Source: the human T2T-CHM13v2.0 reference genome, Homo sapiens. From it: DNA of 64,000 nucleotides. Below are positions 40,600 to 64,000 of the stretch, piece by piece. A program made the position numbers and the translations under genes. The notes below the pieces were generated by a model. That model searched no databases. It was not told the DNA's origin and saw only the letters and a list, made by a program, of their open reading frames with translations. Where the stretch lies: NCBI RefSeq assembly GCF_009914755.1, contig NC_060941.1; one strand, written 5' to 3'. The first letter of the stretch is position 1; the number at the start of each line of letters is the position of its first letter.

Positions 40600-41045
40600 C
40601 ATTCAAGTCCACCCTTTTCTTGACTTCACCATGCCTATGTGTTGCTTTCTAATTTGGGGCCTTTAATGTTGCTAGTGAAAGGTAACCTGTCCAAACTGAT
40701 GGGATTAACCAGAGGTAGTCCTGGCTGCAGTTTTTGCAGAAGAATGAATAACATTTTCTGGAAACCCTCAGCCAGTGTCTCCTTAAGTCTCCTTGGCCAG
40801 GGAGATGGGCTAAATACCGTAAATTTAATCATAAATCTCTGCTGGAGCTACAAATGGAATTCTTTGCTCCCAAACTTCAAGGCCGAATGGGGTTCCAAGG
40901 TAAATCACGGCTGCACATGGGCCTCATCTGGGAAAGTACCCAGTTCTGTTTCGTTGATGAGGGGCATGAGGGTCCACCATGTGTCTTTTTTAAAAATGTA
41001 ATTCCCAAGGGCTCCTGTACAGTGTAGGTTGATAGCCACTACTCT

Positions 41046-41294
<249 letters not shown>

Positions 41295-43471
41295 TTACCT
41301 ATAACTTTAATTTTTGTATTTGTTTTTGTTGTAAGCAAGGGAGGAAAGGTAATATTCCTAATACCATTTGGCAATTATAGTAAAAACTGCTGACACTTAC
41401 TTTGCTTGTTGAAATAATCTGAAAAGAGTAACATTAAAAGATGTCAGTGTTAAACATTTCACAAAGTATTCTTTCATTGCTATATTGCATTTTGGCTAAA
41501 AATAATCAGGCTACTTGATTATTTTTAGAACAAAGGAAATCAACATTCTGTTTCCTAATGTTGATTTTTTTTTTCTCTCATCAATCTGGCTGCATCATCA
41601 CTGAAGAAAAAACGGGGTAATTTTTCGTTACTGTAAATCCTTATTGTTAAGATTTTTTATTTCAGCATTTGGCTGCTTTAATTGCATAACAGCAGTAAGA
41701 GCAAAGTCAGTTTTGTTCATAGGAGCCATTGGAAACCTTGTCAGATACAGGACCCAAGTTCAGAAGGCCATTAAGGCCTGGCTGCTCCTTACCCCTCTCC
41801 ACCCTTGCTGGAGCTTGCCAAAACCCAGTGGACTGATTTTGGAAAGCCCTTGAAACGTGTCATTTCACTAATGGTGCTTTCTTTTGGGATTGGGCTGTTG
41901 ACCTAATTTGTGATGAACAAAACCCGGCCAAATCATGCAGCCTCCCTCTAACTCCCCATGGGAAAGTGTTAGAGAAAAGTGTTTTAGCAACATCACCCAT
42001 TTAAGTTTCATAACCCCAGCTAATAAAAATGATAAGAAACACCCAAGCTATCAACTAGGGTTTTTTGAGGGCAGAAGTGCAATTTAATTTTGAGCACTTG
42101 CATGTTAAATGACATGTTGGCATAGTTTGAAAGCTAATTCTAGTGTCTGAACGCTCAGTTCCTCCTAAATATTTGGGACAGTTTCATAACACTGTGTAGG
42201 AGGTGTATGCATCGAACCCTCTTAAACTGATCAGTTCGTGCGTTCCAGGCTTTTCACAATCGTAAATGTCTTTTCCCATCCTAGTTGTGGGAGGTAGCAT
42301 GGTGCAGTGAAGTGGACTAGTATTTAAGAGCCAGATCTGTCTGAATTCAAATCCTGCCTCTTTATTGTGTCAGTGAAAGACCTTTTGGTGGGGCAGCTAA
42401 GTGCTGGCATAAGAAAAGTATAGATACTAATTCCTACATAATAGAAATATCCTAGATGAGTATTACGGCTATTCCAAACTTTTTGTTTTTGGGAATAGCT
42501 GTAATAACTGAAGAAACAAAGTTTCGCTGTGTTGCCCAGGCTGGTCTCAAATTCCTGGCCTCAAGCTATCCTCCTGCCTCAGCTTCCCAAAGTGCTGGGA
42601 TTTGCAGGAATGAGCCACTGCACCTGGCTGCCTCCAACCTTTTAACACCAAAGATTTCTGTTTGTTCTTACATAGACTCTTGTTTTAATATATTTTACCT
42701 TCTAGGCTAAGTTGATTATTACTCTTCTTTTTTTTTCCCCCTTATCAGTCAGATACACATAACATAAGATGACCATACTGGATTGTTCATATACTTAATG
42801 ATGGGATTCTACCGAAAAGTCAGATGTTTTGTCAGCCTTTAGGTCTTTTAGGGGCTTGGCATAGCTTTCTGAACAGTGGAACTGGCTCAAGGAGGGCCCA
42901 CTGTGACTAAGTTCCTAGACTGGCTGTTAGCCTTTGCAGTATCTCAGTGAGAGGTCCAGCTGTCTTCCTGTGCCCACTGGTTCCCTTTCTCTTAATTCTA
43001 TTGGACGTAATAATTGGAGCACCTCCTCCCCTAACTTCTCATTGGCCATGAGAACAGGACTGAACCACCCAAGTCCAACTTGGTGATGGAAGCTTGTCAG
43101 TATCAATACCTGATAGGCCCCTAATACTAGTGTTAATGAAGTTTCTTTAATGAGCAAACACTTGACTGTTGAGACAGCCACCACAAAGCCATATTTTCTA
43201 CTATGAAGAAACTCATGTTTAGAACTTGAACAAGTTTAGGCAGAAATATTGGAAGCTTATCCATAAAAACAAGGGAATATGAGGAAAGATTGGATGAATG
43301 AGAAAACTTTGAATCAATTCAAAATTAAAATTAATGGTCAAAGGATGATATCCAGAAGGCATCTCCCGATTGTGGCTGCAAAAATACATATTTTAAAAGC
43401 AAAACTGTTGAAATAGAGGAGAAATGTAGAAAAACATGTACGAATGAGATGGTCTTTTTCTTTTTTTTTGA

Positions 43472-43630
<159 letters not shown>

Positions 43631-43894
43631 TAGTAGAGATGGGGTTTCTCCATGTTGGTCAGGGTGGTCTCAAACTCCCGACCTCAGGTGATCCGCCTGC
43701 CTGGGCCTCCCAAAGTGCTGGGATTACAGACATGAGACACCACGCCTGGCCAAGATGGTCTCTTTCAACCCTTTGTCTTAGACTAAAGTTGTAGGTGACC
43801 AATGACTGTCACCCTACTCTGTTCTTGCCCATCCTTTCAACCAACATCTCAGCCACTCAGCAAAGATTAACTTGGGGAACACAAAACTAATTCA

Positions 43895-44230
43895 TTTTCC
43901 TTACTTTCTCTCCCTTTCCCTTCCCTTCCCTTTCTTTCTCCCTTCCTTCCTTCTTCTCTTTCTCTCTCTCACTCTTTCTTTTTCTCTCCCTCTCTCCCCT
44001 CCCTCCCTCCTTCCTTCTTCTCTTTCTCTCTTTCTTTTTGCTCTCCGTGTCTCCCCTCCCTCCCTCCTTCCTTCTCTTTCTCTCTCTCTTTCTTTTTGCT
44101 CTCCCTCTCTCCCCTCCCTCCCTCCTTCCTTCTTCTCTTTCTGTCACTCTTTCTTTTTTCTCTCCCTCTCTCCCCTCCCTCCCTCCTTCCTTCCTTCCTT
44201 CCTTCCTCTTTCTTTCTTCCTTTTCTTCCT
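43895..44230. repeat. Polypyrimidine tract with about four degenerate ~58-bp units
   Basis: Recurring CTCTCCC.CTCTCCCCTCCCTCCCTCCTTCCTTC...TTTCTTTTT. Confidence 0.85.
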
Positions 44231-44502
44231 GGTAACTCTTTAAAATGTATTTTCCTAGTTACAGAAATAATACTAATTTTAGAAAGTTTGAAAAACAGAA
44301 TACCACAAAGATTAAAATAATAACCTAAAATTCTACCTTTGGATTGTATATTTTGGCATGAATAAGAATTCTTAACCTGTGTAACCTGAGATCCAAGATA
44401 GGTTATGGGGCTCCTGAACCTCTGAAACTGTATGCACAGTTTACTGTTAAATACATGTGGGTGCTTTTCAAAGAAAGGGGAATATAGCCTGGGGAAAATT
44501 AG

Positions 44503-46908
<2,406 letters not shown>

Positions 46909-48699
46909 CGCTTTTTTTTAAATGTCACTCCCTGATCCTAAGTAGTGTAAGACCTCAGATGAACGAATGTAACTGCCATTGACTAAAGAACTCTAGTTGG
47001 ACAGGCGTTTTAGCTGTTGTCCTTAAAAGATGGCCTTTGGTTGACATTCGTTCCAAAAGCATGATGAAACACTGAAAACTTGTGTGGTTCCTTTGTCCCA
47101 GGAAAGGGAAGATGGCAAGGGCTTATATCTCGTTTGGCAAGGAGTTCACAGTTTCCCTGCAAGCCCCAGAAGGTGGGTGGTAACAATGGGATGTGTTTGG
47201 CTCCTCATCCTCCTGCTGACAGCCAGGTCTCAGAGAGGCAAGTCCCACACTTCCCAAGCTCTGGATCCGAGCTTCGCTGCCGCAGAAGGAAAGTCTAACT
47301 AGTTAGGAAGCACAGAACTTGCCTGGCCTTCACCAGCATAATCAGATCTGTCATTCTCTTCAGGAACTGGCTCTGCTCTAGGCCTTGTTCTTTGCTCTGG
47401 AGGTAACAATTGCCATTTTTCTTTGGTATTTCTGCTGTAGTGATCATACTTGCCCTTCTCATAGGAAATCATGGGAATCAGCCCCAGTCACAGCTGGCTC
47501 CCAGATGGCTCTTGATCCTGTGACCCCACCAACATTCCAATGCGATTTGCTTGGGAGGTTCAAACTTGGCTTGCTGGGGCACCATTCTTCTGGAACCCCA
47601 CCCTGGGAGATTTATAGGCAGGCCTTGGAGAGAACAAATCTCTAGAGGTAGGATGGGGCCAAGCAGTTTCCTTGTGTTGCATGTTCTAGAATTCTGCCTA
47701 AAACAAAAGAGGCTGACCTCATTCTTGCCCCACCCGAAGATTGAGCGGGAATAACTAACTAGCAAGCTATTACTGACATTGCTAAATTACCTAACAAAGT
47801 TCTTTCTGTCTCTGTCTCTGTCTCTCTTGATATATACTAATATATGTGTATGTATACTATATATATAAGAGAATTCTTCATATATATGTGCATACATAAG
47901 AGGAATTCTCTTCCAGTGTGTGTTCTTGCAGTAGGATGCTAAGTTTGACATAAAAATGATCTAAGAAGATTGTATTCTCCAGGTCCCAGGCTGAGAGTAT
48001 CCAACCTGTTCAGGTAGAAATGGCCAGTAGAGCTCAGATAGTTTCTCATTACAAAGAAATTTTTTGGTGTCCATTTCCTGGAGATACTGTGGAGGATGCT
48101 AGCAGGTTTCTAACATACTTCAGCTGTTCAGGAAATACTTTAAATAATTTCCTGCTGTAGAGAGTAGGAGGAGGGCCTGAAACTTGGAATGCATTACTCT
48201 CTTTATGGTCTCAAATGTGGTTCACAAGGACCCTTCGCTGTTCACACACACGCTCCGAGGCGTTCTTTTCTGCCTCTACCAGCCTTTTTATGTGGGAATG
48301 TTCGTTTTCTAAGTGTGGCGAGAATCCTACTAACTTGGACTTCCCATAGCATGCTGGCCTGAGCTTCCTAAGGAACTCTACAAACATGAGCTAATTAAGC
48401 TTGGAAAGCCCCATGCCAGTCCTCCCGGCTATTATTGAAATGAGGCCAGCTCTGAGGTGGACCAGCTGCAGTTTTTGCCCGGCAGCAACAATTCAAACAG
48501 TGGAGAGGAAGGGAAGCTGGCTGCCTAACGCAATTGAAACTGCAAGGGAGAAGCAAGTTAGGCAACATGTAATTCATTGCCTCCTTGGTTTGCTTCAGCG
48601 TAACAGTGGGGCTCAGATACTGGCATTTTAACTGGGTCAGTTAGGCCTTTGTCCAGGATTTCAGGCAATGGCCCAAAAATGGACAAGTCTAAGATTTTG

Positions 48700-55078
<6,379 letters not shown>

Positions 55079-56064
55079 TAACTTTAAATACCCAATAGAC
55101 GAGAGAAGGCTGGAGTCCAAATGACCGGTAGGAATGGTGGACGCTGATTGCGAGCTTTTTGGCACTGTGGCTGGGCCCGATACTCAGTAACTCTAGTAGG
55201 CCAACCATGACCCCTTAAGGAGGAACTGTTGTTTCCATTTTATAGCAGGGGAAACTGAGGCTCATAGAAGTTAAGAAAGTTGTTCCAGATCCTACAGCAA
55301 GCCATTGTCTCTTCCCAGCCAAGGGAGACATTACACGAAGCACAAACAAGCCCTGTGGGTGGACATGGTGACATTTGGCACGTGTGCAGTCTCAGTCTCG
55401 TTCAAGGGCCTGAAATGAGTCATCTACAAATCAAAGAACCAGCCTCTCCGGACACAGAATGAGGCTGGTTTGTACATTAGGAGGAGCTGGACCCAGATAA
55501 TGTGGTTCCAAGCAGAGAAGATAGCCTTATTCCAATTGCGTCCCCTCTGCAAGCCCTTGGGAGCTGCCCAGGCCCAGTGACCCATGGAAGAGAGGATGCT
55601 GTGCCCTAGTGTCCAAGCAGCACAGCTTGGCTCAGTCCACTGGGCTTCTTCCAGCTCACGAACCTGTTTGTTTTTACCCTTCAATGTGAACCAGATGTGG
55701 GCACCTTGCTCTCCAGGAGGTCCCTCACCCGTACCCCCCCTACCAGGCATCATTGGCAGCCACAGCTGATGGACCAGCCTCCTCCCTGCTCTCCGGCCTC
55801 TCTCACCCCCATAGCCCCTCCCTCACTGCACCTCCTGCACCTTCCCTTCCCCCAGCACGATTTGAAACAGGAAATGACACTGGGCAGATCTCAAAAGTCC
55901 ATATGTCCTGGACACTCTCTCTAGGAATTTCCTGGGCCTCCAGCTTGCTCTGTGTCATGTCCTTCCCACTCACAGTATCTGGGGGGAAAGAAGTGCTAAA
56001 GGAAAATGAGAGTGAGCATCCCTCGTCCCCAGTGCTATCTTATCCCATTGTGATCTTGGGCAAG

Positions 56065-63470
<7,406 letters not shown>

Positions 63471-63479
63471 AGATAGTGT

Positions 63480-63996
63480 TGTAACCAAGCGAGTTATAGA
63501 GAAACGCCACACTTTGAGACAAATTATGGAGTCCTTTATTAGCCGGCGACTGAGAGACAGCTAGCACTCAAAATTCTCTCAGCCCCGAAGAAGGGGCTAG
63601 ATTCTCTTTTATACTATGGTCTAAATAGGGGAGGGGGAGTTTAACTGAAGCAGTTTTACAGAAGCAGAACAGGCAAAAAGTTAAAAAATTAATTGGTTAT
63701 AGAAGCAGTTGTAAAAGATAAACAGTTCCAGGTGCAGGGGCTTAAACTATCACTAAGAGATAAATGCAGGGGCTTTTAGATACCTTCCACCGAGCACATT
63801 CCCAGGAGCTGCTGGTACAGCCTGCCTCAATATCTTATCAGCAGGTGCATTACTGGATGTGCTTAGAGTCAGCTTGCACTAGTTATTCCCTTAAGGGGGA
63901 TAAAGGGGGCTGTGAATGAAGAAACTAAAATGGAGTCTGTCTGGCTCTCTCTGCTAGGAGAGAGTCACTCAGGTTAAAACAAGGTAGGTTATCACA
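63480..63996 (-). mobile_element. ERV1-class solo LTR (LTR15-like)
   Basis: TG...CA termini. Reverse complement begins TGTGATAACCTACCTTGTTTTAACCTGAGTGACTCTCT...CAGACAGACTCCATTTT. Family from recall. Confidence 0.7.
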
Positions 63997-64000
63997 ATAT

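Noticed and set aside
43872-44320. Leu/Ser/Pro/Phe-rich and Arg/Glu-rich ORFs
   Set aside because: Translations of the CT-rich low-complexity tract.

Overview
Primate (almost certainly human, chr17q24) Alu-dense DNA. It holds one complete protein-coding gene, KPNA2 (importin alpha-1, + strand). I rebuilt 11 exons from GT-AG junctions: non-coding exon 1 at ~29508-29616 and CDS 30909-40370, totalling 529 codons. The gene has a CpG-island promoter with paired CCAAT boxes and CHR/E2F-like motifs, and a short 3' UTR ending at AATAAA 40594-40599. An intact tRNA-Arg(CCG) gene (13740-13812, - strand) sits beside an orphan CpG island. Nearly all other ORFs in the track are Alu, LTR or low-complexity artefacts. 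Other repeats are solo LTRs (MLT2A1, LTR12C, MSTB, MLT2, LTR15-like, MLT1), L1/L2/MIR fragments and hAT DNA transposons. The most notable structure is a ~2.2 kb inversion (~19.0-21.2 kb) between two oppositely oriented Alus. It is supported by reciprocally swapped target-site duplications and by three older elements (L1M, MLT1 LTR, ERV-L pol) that are split and flipped at the same boundaries. Undoing it restores a collinear, shattered ERV-L pro-pol(-dUTPase) relic. Repeat subfamily names and consensus comparisons are from recall, not from a search.
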